Assembly: GCA_963811705.1 (NCBI GenBank)
Contig: CAWESL010000015.1
Location: 24,757-88,756, forward strand
DNA length: 64,000 bases
Direction: 5' to 3'
DNA from: Ignavibacteriota bacterium
GTDB lineage: Bacteria; Bacteroidota; Ignavibacteria; UBA10030; UBA6906
Part shown: positions 1-8,713 of the stretch, piece after piece
How positions within the stretch are numbered: the stretch's first letter is position 1
Layout of the letters: each line of letters begins with the position of its first letter
The notes under the pieces: model-generated
Databases searched by the model: none
The model's input: only the letters and a program-made list of their open reading frames with translations
What the model was told of the DNA's origin: nothing
Made by a program: the position numbers and the translations under genes

Positions 1-107
1 AAATCAACGGAGGGTGATCGGGTGATAACAATGCAGTTCGTCAGAGGGGACCGAAGCCACAGGCGCAGCGTTTCTATCGTGTTGCATTCCCGGCGGAACC
101 GGGCGGC

Positions 108-731
108 ATGATCCGCGTGCGCATCGATGCCGGGCAGCCGTTCGCGCGGGCGGCAGTTGCCCGTCTGCTCTCCGGCGACGACAACTTCGACGTCGTCGCC
201 CCTGCCGGCGCCTCTTCGATGGGCCGCATGCCGGAGGGACAATCGTGGGAACCGGACATCGTCATCGCCGTCGCCGATGCGGAGAACGATTGGGAGTCGG
301 TGATGGACCACGCAGGAGCGGCCGAGGTGTTGCTTCTTGTTGACGACCCGTCGGCGCAGGACTGGGACGAAGCGATGCGATCCGGCGTGCACGGCGTTCT
401 CCCGCTGGATACCGACCACGATATGCTGGCCGCGGCGCTCACGGCACTCTCGCAGGGGCTCAGCGTGTTTCCATCGGTGATTGGCGAGCAGGCCGGTCAG
501 ATCAGGAAGGGCTCAACAGCCGATGGCACGGCCGATGCATTGACATCGCGCGAAAACGAAGTGCTCGTGCTTCTGGCCGAGGGACTGCCGAACAAAATCA
601 TCGCAGAACGCCTCGGCATCTCCGATCACACGGTCAAATTTCACGTGGCCTCGATTCTCGGAAAGCTCGGCGCGGCGAGCAGAACGGAGGCAGTAACAAC
701 GGCGATCCGGCAAGGTCTGATCATGATATAG
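108..731 (+). CDS. LuxR/FixJ-family transcriptional regulator with a degenerate receiver-like N-terminus
   Basis: ATG at 108 opens a 207-aa ORF. The C-terminus is a LuxR/GerE HTH, 'ENEVLVLLAEGLPNKIIAERLGISDHTVKFHVASILGKLG'. The N-terminal ~125 aa are receiver-like in length, but the signature positions look non-canonical by eye. Confidence 0.85.
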   Translation: MIRVRIDAGQPFARAAVARLLSGDDNFDVVAPAGASSMGRMPEGQSWEPDIVIAVADAENDWESVMDHAGAAEVLLLVDDPSAQDWDEAMRSGVHGVLPLDTDHDMLAAALTALSQGLSVFPSVIGEQAGQIRKGSTADGTADALTSRENEVLVLLAEGLPNKIIAERLGISDHTVKFHVASILGKLGAASRTEAVTTAIRQGLIMI

Positions 732-744
732 CGAAGGGATGCGA

Positions 745-2151
745 TCACTTCAGCAAAACCAATGAACGTGTCTCCACCGTCCTGCCCGCTGTCATCCGGC
801 AGTAGTACACTCCGGTCGCCAGATTCCTTCCATCGAATTGCACGGTGTACGTTCCCGCCGTTTTCACGCCGTCAACAAGAACCTTGACTTCCCTCCCCAG
901 AACGTCATAGACCGCCAGCCGTATCTGACCGGCCGTCAACCCCCAATCGTTGACCGCATTGATCTTGAATTGGATAACGGTCGACGAATTGAACGGGTTC
1001 GGGTAGGATCCCTGGAGAGTGGCATAACGCGGCAGGGTGTCCTGGGGAACCTCTTCTGCGACGGAGGTGACGACGTACGATTGCTTGAGCGCCCGGATGC
1101 GTTGATATGCTTCATCGATCCTGGCGGCCGAAATCGTCCCGGATTGAACGCAGGCTTCGATGGTGTCGACCAGCTGACGGCAGAGCGACGCGCCATTGTG
1201 AAGGTCGTTGACGTAAAGAAGAATGTCCACGCCGGCATTGATTGCGTGAACGGCGGTTTCGCCGAACCCGAAGTTGTCGGTGATCGCCTTCATATTATAG
1301 AAGTCATCCGAGATCACCACCCCCTGGTATCCGAGGGAGTCGCGCAGGAGCCCCGTGACGGTATTGCGTGAAAGAGACGAGGGGTAAATGCTGTCGATCC
1401 GTGCGTTGAAAAGGTGCCCGACCATGATCATATCGACGCTGTTCGACGCGAGAAGCATGGAGTAGGGCACGAGCTCCGAATCCGCCCAGGTGTTCGTGAT
1501 GTCGGGGAGGGTGAGATGAGAATCCGTCCCCGCGCTGCCATGACCGGGAAAATGCTTGAAACACGTCGCGAGGTGCCTCGCGTGGAATGCGTCAACGAAC
1601 CGCTGCACGTGGGACCCGACCGTGACAGGATTCGAGGAGAAACTCCTTCCGTAGGCGCCGATTGCCGGACTGTTGGGATTGACATTCACGTCGGCCACCG
1701 GCGCCAGGTCGACGCTGAAACCCGCATCGGCCATCCATCCCGCCATCCGCGCAGCTTGCGCGTAGGTTGAATCGGTCGATCGGAACACCGATCCCGTCTG
1801 ATACGCCGTGTATGTCCTCGTGTACCCGTTGTTTTGGTTCAGTCGCGCGACCAGTCCGCCCTCTTCGTCCGTGGAGATCAACGGCGGCGTGAGCGCGTTC
1901 GCGTCAATTGATGCGGTCAACTGTTTGATCTGTTGCGGCGAGAGGCAGTTTCCCCCCATGAGGATCACGCCGCCGAGATTACGGGAAGAGAGATCGGTCT
2001 TGATCGTGTCATCCAGCGTCGAGCCGGGGAAACCCAGCATGAGCATCTGACCGATCTTGTCGCGCAACGTTTGCGCGTGCAGCCCGACCGTTGCGAGCGA
2101 AACGGCGGCGAACAGCACGATAATGGAACGGGAGACGGTCATCAGGCGCAT
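745..2151 (-). CDS. Exported glycoside hydrolase family 3 (beta-N-acetylhexosaminidase-like) with a T9SS C-terminal sorting domain
   Basis: The track ORF is 745..2244. The in-frame ATG at 2151 gives the signal peptide MRLMTVSRSIIVLFAAVSLATVGLHAQ. The GH3/NagZ motif 'KHFPGHGSAGTDSH' is present. The C-terminus 'YPNPFNSSTVIQFKI...GVYYCRMTAGRTVETRSLVLLK' is a Por/T9SS-type tail. Confidence 0.85.
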   Translation of the reverse strand: MRLMTVSRSIIVLFAAVSLATVGLHAQTLRDKIGQMLMLGFPGSTLDDTIKTDLSSRNLGGVILMGGNCLSPQQIKQLTASIDANALTPPLISTDEEGGLVARLNQNNGYTRTYTAYQTGSVFRSTDSTYAQAARMAGWMADAGFSVDLAPVADVNVNPNSPAIGAYGRSFSSNPVTVGSHVQRFVDAFHARHLATCFKHFPGHGSAGTDSHLTLPDITNTWADSELVPYSMLLASNSVDMIMVGHLFNARIDSIYPSSLSRNTVTGLLRDSLGYQGVVISDDFYNMKAITDNFGFGETAVHAINAGVDILLYVNDLHNGASLCRQLVDTIEACVQSGTISAARIDEAYQRIRALKQSYVVTSVAEEVPQDTLPRYATLQGSYPNPFNSSTVIQFKINAVNDWGLTAGQIRLAVYDVLGREVKVLVDGVKTAGTYTVQFDGRNLATGVYYCRMTAGRTVETRSLVLLK

Positions 2152-2310
2152 TGGGAATCCGGGATGCAGAAAAGGAATGAACGGTGGGGAAGGATACTCC
2201 AACATACGAAGGATGCCGGTCGGAATCAATTTCAGGATTCGCACCGGAACATTTCGTACCTTTCACCGGTCTCTCTTCCGCGAATCCCTCACTCATGTGA
2301 CAACACGACC

Positions 2311-4374
2311 ATGCAATCCCGTCGACTCTTTCCTGCGGCTGCAATGTTTTGCGCATTAACCGGCATGATGAACGGCCAAACGCTTCTCTCGCGCCCTCCG
2401 GCGATCCCGTTGATCGCCACGGATCCGTACTTCAGCATCTGGTCGTTCTCCGATCATCCCGGAAATGACTACACGCGTCATTGGACCGGCAAGACCATGT
2501 CGGTCTGTTCGATGGTGCGGATCGATGGGGCAGGATACCGGCTGGTCGGGAAGAACGTAGAATCCCTTCCCGTGCTTCCGCTCGTCTCAACCGCGCTCTC
2601 GCCGACGCAAACGGTGTACCGGTTCGAGGGCGCCGGGGTCGCGGTGGTCATGACGTTCACTGTGCCGCTCCTGCCCGACTCGCTGGACCTGCTCTCAAGT
2701 TCGGTCGGCTACGTCACCGTGTCGGCGTCGTCGATTGATTCCCGTACGCACCGTGTCGAGTTGTATATCGATCACTCTGCGGAGCTCTGCCTCGATAACC
2801 CGGGGCAAAGCGTTGCCTGGGGGAGGGTGCAGATCGAAGGGCTCGATGTCCTTCAGATGGGATCACAGGAGCAGCCGGTGCTCAAAAAGAAAGGCGATGA
2901 CCTCCGGATCGACTGGGGGCACATTTGCTTCGTCTCGGGGAAAGACCAGAACGCCCTGAGTTGCATAACGTCTGCAGACAACGCGCGGCAGGCGTTTCTT
3001 CAGCGCGGCACGCTCCCGGCCTCGGACGATCTGAACATGCCCCGTGCGGGAAATGACGATTGGCCGGTCTCGGCGTTCGTCTTCGATCTCGGCCCCGTCG
3101 AGAAATCGTCGAAGCAGGTCTTCGTCATGCTCGCGTACGACGACGGCTACGCCATCGAGTTTTTTCATCGCGCGCTGCCGTCGTACTGGAGACGCGATGG
3201 GGAGGCCATGAGTGAACGTCTCCGCGCCATGGCTGCGGCGCACGACCGGCTTCTCGCTTCCTGTGACGCGTTCGATCGCCGGTTGACAACGGCTCTGACA
3301 GCACAGGGCGGACCGGAGTACGCCGCGATATGCGCCCTTGCCTATCGTCAGGTGTTCGCCGCGCACAAGCTTGTCGCCGATATCGATGGAACGCCGATGC
3401 TCTTTCCGAAGGAGAATTTCAGCAACGGCTGCATCAGCACCGTCGACGTGATCTATCCTTCCGCCCCGTTCTTCCTCTACTTCAATCCCGCGTTGCTCAA
3501 GGCGTTGCTTACGCCGGTCTTCCGGTATGCCGAGATGCCGCGGTGGAAATTTCCGTTTGCGCCGCACGATCTCGGCACGTATCCCAAGGCGAATGGTCAG
3601 GTCTACGGCGGCGGGGAAAAGGATGAATCGGATCAGATGCCCGTGGAAGAGTCGGGAAACATGCTGATCCTGACGTATGCCTTCTGTCGGGAGGAGAAAA
3701 GCCCGGCGTTCGCCCTCAAGCACTGGGAATGTCTCTCGAAGTGGGCCCGCTATCTGGAAGCGAAAGGCCTCGATCCGGAGAACCAGCTCTGCACCGATGA
3801 TTTCACCGGGCACCTCGCGCACAATACGAATCTGTCGATCAAGGCGATTGTCGGACTCGGATGCTACGGCAGGCTCTGTGCTATGGTCGGAAAACCGGAC
3901 GAGGCAAAACGGTATCACACGATCGCCCGGAATTTTGCCGCGCAATGGGAATCGATGGCGAGCGACGGCGATCACTACCGGCTTGCCTTCGACCGGCCGG
4001 GAACATGGAGCATGAAGTACAACCTGGTCTGGGATACGCTTCTGGACCTCGGGCTCTTTCCTTCCGACGTGCGCACCAGGGAGCTTGCCTATTATCGCAG
4101 CAAGATGAATACCTACGGCCTGCCGCTCGATAACCGCGCAGACTTCACAAAACCCGAGTGGATGATCTGGACGGCCACGATGGCGAAAGACCGTGAAGAG
4201 TTTGTGTCGTACGTTCGTCCCATCGTCGCATACCTGAACGCGACACCGGACCGGGTACCGTTTTCCGACTGGTACGAAACGAAAACTGCCCGGAAGGATG
4301 CGTTTCAGGCGAGAAGTGTCCTTGGCGGGCTTTTCATCAAGATGCTCGAGAAAAGCGGAAGCACCCCGAGGTGA
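2311..4374 (+). CDS. Exported glutaminase-A-like protein (DUF4965/DUF1793 family, glycoside-hydrolase-like fold)
   Basis: The track ORF is 1933..4374. The in-frame ATG at 2311 gives the signal peptide MQSRRLFPAAAMFCALTGMMNGQ. The N-terminus 'PAIPLIATDPYFSIWSFSD' and the ~690-aa length are typical of this family. It is divergent from the GH3 gene. Confidence 0.8.
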   Translation: MQSRRLFPAAAMFCALTGMMNGQTLLSRPPAIPLIATDPYFSIWSFSDHPGNDYTRHWTGKTMSVCSMVRIDGAGYRLVGKNVESLPVLPLVSTALSPTQTVYRFEGAGVAVVMTFTVPLLPDSLDLLSSSVGYVTVSASSIDSRTHRVELYIDHSAELCLDNPGQSVAWGRVQIEGLDVLQMGSQEQPVLKKKGDDLRIDWGHICFVSGKDQNALSCITSADNARQAFLQRGTLPASDDLNMPRAGNDDWPVSAFVFDLGPVEKSSKQVFVMLAYDDGYAIEFFHRALPSYWRRDGEAMSERLRAMAAAHDRLLASCDAFDRRLTTALTAQGGPEYAAICALAYRQVFAAHKLVADIDGTPMLFPKENFSNGCISTVDVIYPSAPFFLYFNPALLKALLTPVFRYAEMPRWKFPFAPHDLGTYPKANGQVYGGGEKDESDQMPVEESGNMLILTYAFCREEKSPAFALKHWECLSKWARYLEAKGLDPENQLCTDDFTGHLAHNTNLSIKAIVGLGCYGRLCAMVGKPDEAKRYHTIARNFAAQWESMASDGDHYRLAFDRPGTWSMKYNLVWDTLLDLGLFPSDVRTRELAYYRSKMNTYGLPLDNRADFTKPEWMIWTATMAKDREEFVSYVRPIVAYLNATPDRVPFSDWYETKTARKDAFQARSVLGGLFIKMLEKSGSTPR

Positions 4375-4458
4375 CGCCCGGCGTCCCTTCTTCGTGGCCG
4401 GTTGATAAGTTCTTACCGGCTTTGTATCATTGCAGAAAGGTGATTCACGCCGCCACCC

Positions 4459-7400
4459 ATGACCCGACCCCTCCGGCGCCTGCGCCGGCTCATACCTCTT
4501 AAGGCTCTCGGACTGGCCTTTGTGTTCGGCCTCTTCGCAGTTACCGTGATCGCGGTCGGGCTGACCCTCCATATCCCGACGACGCCGATTACGACGGACG
4601 TCGGCGGCGTCTTCGCCACGATGGGTTCGGCACTGACCGGTCCGGTGGGAGGCTCGTTGATCGGCCTCATGACCGGCCTGATGGAGCCGAATCCCGAGCT
4701 GCGGTTGTTTGTCACGATCGACAAGATCCTGGCCGGGATATGGATGGGGTCGCTGTACTGGATCGTCCTGCGGAGGTTCCGCGGATCCAGCGTCCGCTTC
4801 TTTGTTGCATGGGTCGTCCTCGTGTTCGGGTATTACTATGTCGCCCGGATCCCCGCCTTCATCGGCCTCAAGTTTTTCTTTCCCGCCTCGTTCCATACGC
4901 TCGCAGGGGGGGATCCGCTCGTCCCGGATACTCTCGCCGCGGTGGATTCGGCCTTGTTCGAAGAAGCGTTGATCGTCGCGCTCATCAGCGGGATCGCTCT
5001 TACGGTGTTCCCTTCGGCGATTCGCATGCCGGTGTGGCGATCCGCGCTGGACTACAAGCGGTATCTCGACCTCCGTCCCCGTCCGCCGGCCGGATCGAAA
5101 TTTCCGCGGTCCCTCTCGATTCGTCTCTCGATCTGGCTGTTGCTCCTTTCCCTTCTCCCGGTGATGGTGTTGAGCGTCTTCGTCTGGGACGATGTTACCC
5201 GGCTCGTGTATCAACAGGCGGCCGGGACGGACGGGATGCTCGCCGCCGACCTTTCGGCAATGGTGGCCGGCGCGCCACCGCACAACATGCCGGGAATGCT
5301 CAGGCCGTTTATCGGACAGGGCGGACGCACGATCTGGTTTGTCGATGCCGCCGGAACGATCCGGTATCACCCCGATTCCACGCTCATCGGGCAGTCGGCG
5401 TTTCAATTCCTTGATTCGTCGATCGTCAGACAAGTGATGGGCGCGGAAAGCGGATCTGCGCTCGACGGCCGCGCCGACGCCGCCATCGGGTTTCACCGCA
5501 TCGGGGACAGCGGATGGACTCTGGTCGTCGTCGACCCGAGCCGCATTCTGGATCTGTCGCTGCATGCGTTTCACCGGAGCTCCTATCTCCGGCTCGGCGC
5601 GAGCATGGTGCTCATCAGCATCATCGGCGGGGTCATCATGCTGATCCTTGTCGAAATGCCGATGAAACGGCTTACAAAAGTCACGACGCAAATCGGGAAG
5701 GGTAATCTCTCGGTCAAGGTGCGCGAATCGGATCTCGACGATGAGATCGCCGTCCTGGGGAACCGGTTCAATGCCATGGTCAAGAACCTCCGTTCATTGC
5801 GGGACGGCTTGGAGAGTGAAATCGGATTCCGGCGGGGTGTCGAAACCCGCCTCCGGGAGAGCGAGGGAAAATACCGGACGATCATTGAACAGTCGTCCGA
5901 AGGCATCATCCTCGTCGACTCCGATGGCACGGTGATCGAATGCAACCGCGCGAGCGAGAAAATTCTCGGCATCCCGCGGTCCGATCTGGTCGGGAAGAGG
6001 ACCTGGGAGATTTTCCGGCAACTGAACGCAGCAGCCGGCAAAGACGAGAACAGCGTTAACATGTTCCGCGACGCCACCCTCGAAATGACGCAGGGCGAGT
6101 CCGCCCGGTACGAAGGCGCGTCGGAGATCGCGTTCGAACGGTCCGATGGGAAAACGATGGTGCTCCAGCAGACCATCTTCCCGATCCGGCGTGAAGGGGG
6201 CAACCGCATCGGCGTCATTCTTCAGGATATCACCGGCCGGAAGGAGAATGAAGAGGCGGTCCGGAGATCGGAGGAAAAGTTCTCCCGGGTGTTCCACACC
6301 ACGCCGGATTCCATCACGATCACGCGACTCTCCGACGGTAAATATATCGACATCAATGAAGGATTCACCGCCATTACGGGATTCAGTCGGGAGGAGGTGA
6401 TCGGAAGAACCTCGCGGGAACTGAAGGTCTGGGTCGACGACTCCGACCGCCAGAGGCTTGTCTCTGCGCTACGACAGACGGGAGAAGTCGCCGGTCTCGA
6501 CGGCAGATTCAGGATGAAGGATGGCTCGGCGGTCTTTGCCCTGTTGTCGGCGAGGATCATCTCCCTTGACGGGGAAGACTGCCTTCTCCTGATCGCCCGG
6601 GATGTCACCGAGCGACGCAAAGCGGAAGAAGCGCTGCGCGAAAGTGAAGAGCGGTTCCGGAGCGTCTTCGAACACGCCGCCGTGGGGATTTGTTATGCTT
6701 CACTCGAAGGGAAACTTCTGCGCGTCAATCATGCCTTGTGCAAAATCACCGGTTACGGCGACTCCGAACTCGCCGGAATGAGTCTGGCCGACTTCTCTGC
6801 AGGCGAAGAGTCGGCCGGGGATCTCGAACGCGTGGTGTCCGTCCTGCGTGACGGTATTCCAAGTTTCACGATGACACAACAGTACTTGCACAAATCGGGC
6901 CGTGCCATCTGGGTGAACGTGACGATGTCGCTGATTCGTGACACGACCGGCAAGCCTCTGTCGTTTATCGGCATCCTTGAAAATATCACCGAACGAAAGA
7001 AGGCGGAAGAGGAGATCGAACGCTCGCTCCGCGAAAAGGAACTGCTCCTGAAGGAGATCCATCACCGGGTCAAGAACAATCTGCAGATCATCTCCAGCTT
7101 GCTGAATTTGCAGTCGGAGGCGATCCGGGATTCGGAAGACCGCTCGCTGTTCCGGGACAGCCAGGACCGGATCCGTACGATGGCGCTCATCCATGAAAAG
7201 CTCTACCAGACAGACGACTTCTCCCACGTGGACTTTCAGGAGTATCTGAAAAGTCTGTTGTCGTCCCTGTTCCGTTCGTACCGGCTCCCGCTGGTGACAT
7301 GCGAGGAACAGATTGAAGACATCCGTTTAAACATCGACGCAGCCATTCCCTGCGGACTGATTGTCAACGAATTGGTGACCAATGCATTGAAGCACGCTTT

Positions 7401-7659
7401 TCCGGAAGGGCAGAAAGGGCAGGTGCGAGTCTCGTTCTTCCGGGACAACGGCGGACAACTCGTGCTGGAAGTCAGCGACAACGGGGTGGGAATGCGGCCG
7501 ATGCAGGAACGGGAGAGGAAGGATCAACTCGGTCTCGAGCTTGTCTCCATTCTGACGAAACAAATCGGAGGGCAACTTGCCATCCGACACGAAGAGGGGA
7601 CAACGTTTCAGATTTCGTTCTCCCAGGACGAACCTGATCCCTCGCAAAACCCCGGTTAG
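4459..7659 (+). CDS. Multi-domain sensor histidine kinase: N-terminal polytopic membrane module, periplasmic Cache-like domain, HAMP, three PAS, HisKA_2 and HATPase
   Basis: ATG at 4459 opens a 1066-aa ORF. Several hydrophobic helices occupy aa 1-200, and a second TM pair brackets a ~130-aa loop. A HAMP-like 'MPMKRLTKVTTQIGKGNLSVKV' follows. Three PAS units are each preceded by an 'R(E/R)SE(G/E)(K/R)(Y/F)' linker. The H-box 'HHRVKNNLQIISSLLNLQ' is HisKA_2 type. The ATPase motifs 'NELVTNALKHAF' and 'DNGVG' are present. Confidence 0.9.
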   Translation: MTRPLRRLRRLIPLKALGLAFVFGLFAVTVIAVGLTLHIPTTPITTDVGGVFATMGSALTGPVGGSLIGLMTGLMEPNPELRLFVTIDKILAGIWMGSLYWIVLRRFRGSSVRFFVAWVVLVFGYYYVARIPAFIGLKFFFPASFHTLAGGDPLVPDTLAAVDSALFEEALIVALISGIALTVFPSAIRMPVWRSALDYKRYLDLRPRPPAGSKFPRSLSIRLSIWLLLLSLLPVMVLSVFVWDDVTRLVYQQAAGTDGMLAADLSAMVAGAPPHNMPGMLRPFIGQGGRTIWFVDAAGTIRYHPDSTLIGQSAFQFLDSSIVRQVMGAESGSALDGRADAAIGFHRIGDSGWTLVVVDPSRILDLSLHAFHRSSYLRLGASMVLISIIGGVIMLILVEMPMKRLTKVTTQIGKGNLSVKVRESDLDDEIAVLGNRFNAMVKNLRSLRDGLESEIGFRRGVETRLRESEGKYRTIIEQSSEGIILVDSDGTVIECNRASEKILGIPRSDLVGKRTWEIFRQLNAAAGKDENSVNMFRDATLEMTQGESARYEGASEIAFERSDGKTMVLQQTIFPIRREGGNRIGVILQDITGRKENEEAVRRSEEKFSRVFHTTPDSITITRLSDGKYIDINEGFTAITGFSREEVIGRTSRELKVWVDDSDRQRLVSALRQTGEVAGLDGRFRMKDGSAVFALLSARIISLDGEDCLLLIARDVTERRKAEEALRESEERFRSVFEHAAVGICYASLEGKLLRVNHALCKITGYGDSELAGMSLADFSAGEESAGDLERVVSVLRDGIPSFTMTQQYLHKSGRAIWVNVTMSLIRDTTGKPLSFIGILENITERKKAEEEIERSLREKELLLKEIHHRVKNNLQIISSLLNLQSEAIRDSEDRSLFRDSQDRIRTMALIHEKLYQTDDFSHVDFQEYLKSLLSSLFRSYRLPLVTCEEQIEDIRLNIDAAIPCGLIVNELVTNALKHAFPEGQKGQVRVSFFRDNGGQLVLEVSDNGVGMRPMQERERKDQLGLELVSILTKQIGGQLAIRHEEGTTFQISFSQDEPDPSQNPG

Positions 7660-7682
7660 AGCCGGGTCCAGCCATCCACCAG

Positions 7683-8064
7683 TCAATGGACGCGATAGGC
7701 CTGCGCGGTGATGTATGGAGAAAAAAGTTCCGGTTTGCCCGGGGGCGCAATCTCGAATCGAATCCCGAGCGTATCGGCGGCGACGACAGTATATGTCAGA
7801 CGGAATCGCGGCCCTGCCATCGCACTGTCGCTGACAAACACAATGCTCTTTGACGGCCCCAGATTCACCCGGTAGCTGATGACATGCCCCTCGTTGTCAA
7901 AGTACATTGCTTTCGTCTCGCCAGCGGGATCCGCCTCCCCTTCCCTGCCATTGGCCCAGCATGAAATCATAATCGCTCCACGGTGAATGACTGCCGTTCG
8001 TCTGGGCGAGGCCGGAGGCGGTTCCTATTCCCATAAAGAGACAAATCACTGCAAATCGTCGCAT
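7683..8064 (-). pseudogene. Small exported beta-barrel-like protein, apparently frameshifted (or affected by an assembly indel)
   Basis: On the minus strand, ATG at 8064 follows GGAGAG by 7 nt and encodes the signal peptide MRRFAVICLFMGIGTASGLAQ, then '...SDYDFMLGQWQG'. That frame terminates soon after. The 95-aa ORF 7683..7970 continues in another frame with 'EGEADPAGETKAMYFDNEGHVISYRV...'. The junction lies in the run cagggaagggga (about 7935-7950). Confidence 0.45.
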
Positions 8065-8244
8065 TGGTACTCTCCGTTTCTATTCAGGCGACAAATTGCC
8101 GATAATTCCTTCAAATGTAAATGGAGGAGAGTCTGGCGTCGTCGTATTGATGTGGCCGGCGGGGAATTTTCCCGGCAGGAACTTTTTGATCCAAATTTGT
8201 GTAGTAGAGTTGTTCCCGCGTTATCCACGATATTCTGATCGCTC

Positions 8245-8658
8245 ATGAACCGTCTCGCCCTACAACGCTCGCCATGGTGGATCATCGCCTCATGGCTCAT
8301 CGTTGTTACCCTGACAGCCGATGCGATCAATTTAGACGACCTGGTTCCCGGCGTGTACGTCGCTCACGACGAGGTCGAAGCCTCCAGTCTGATTTCGGGT
8401 CTTTCGGTCACCCGTCCCGGAGTCGCTCCTGCGCGGCATCTCCCGTCGAAGTTCTCTCAAACCCGATCGCGCGCGCACAACGGGTCAGGCAAGGCGGCGC
8501 GGATCGTTTTTGACGAGGACAGTCCTTCCGAAGCTGCGAAACCCATCGAGATTTCCCTTCATCCCATCAACATCAATCCGGATGAACAGGCCGCTCTGGT
8601 TGTCCGCGGCGGCCCGGAAAACCCGTTGCATCATCTGCATTGTATCCTTCTGATTTGA
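8245..8658 (+). CDS. Hypothetical protein (weakly supported; competes with a minus-strand ORF)
   Basis: This is a 137-aa ORF with one hydrophobic N-terminal helix. GC3 is about 64% by hand count. I recognise no motif and see no clear RBS. It overlaps minus-strand ORF 8485..8862, whose internal start at 8661 (MSNQKD...) is equally plausible. Confidence 0.25.
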   Translation: MNRLALQRSPWWIIASWLIVVTLTADAINLDDLVPGVYVAHDEVEASSLISGLSVTRPGVAPARHLPSKFSQTRSRAHNGSGKAARIVFDEDSPSEAAKPIEISLHPININPDEQAALVVRGGPENPLHHLHCILLI

Positions 8659-8713
8659 CATCCCCGTTCTCTTCTCGCGTGGTACTCCTTTAGTCAAACG
8701 TTGGAGGGTCTCA

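Noticed and set aside
2863-5691. 942-aa minus-strand ORF spanning the 3' half of the DUF4965 gene and the 5' part of the sensor kinase gene.
   Set aside because: It lies antisense to two genes with clear family motifs. Its product is an R/G/D/H/P-rich low-complexity string with no motif. Long stop-free antisense frames are expected opposite GC3-rich coding DNA.
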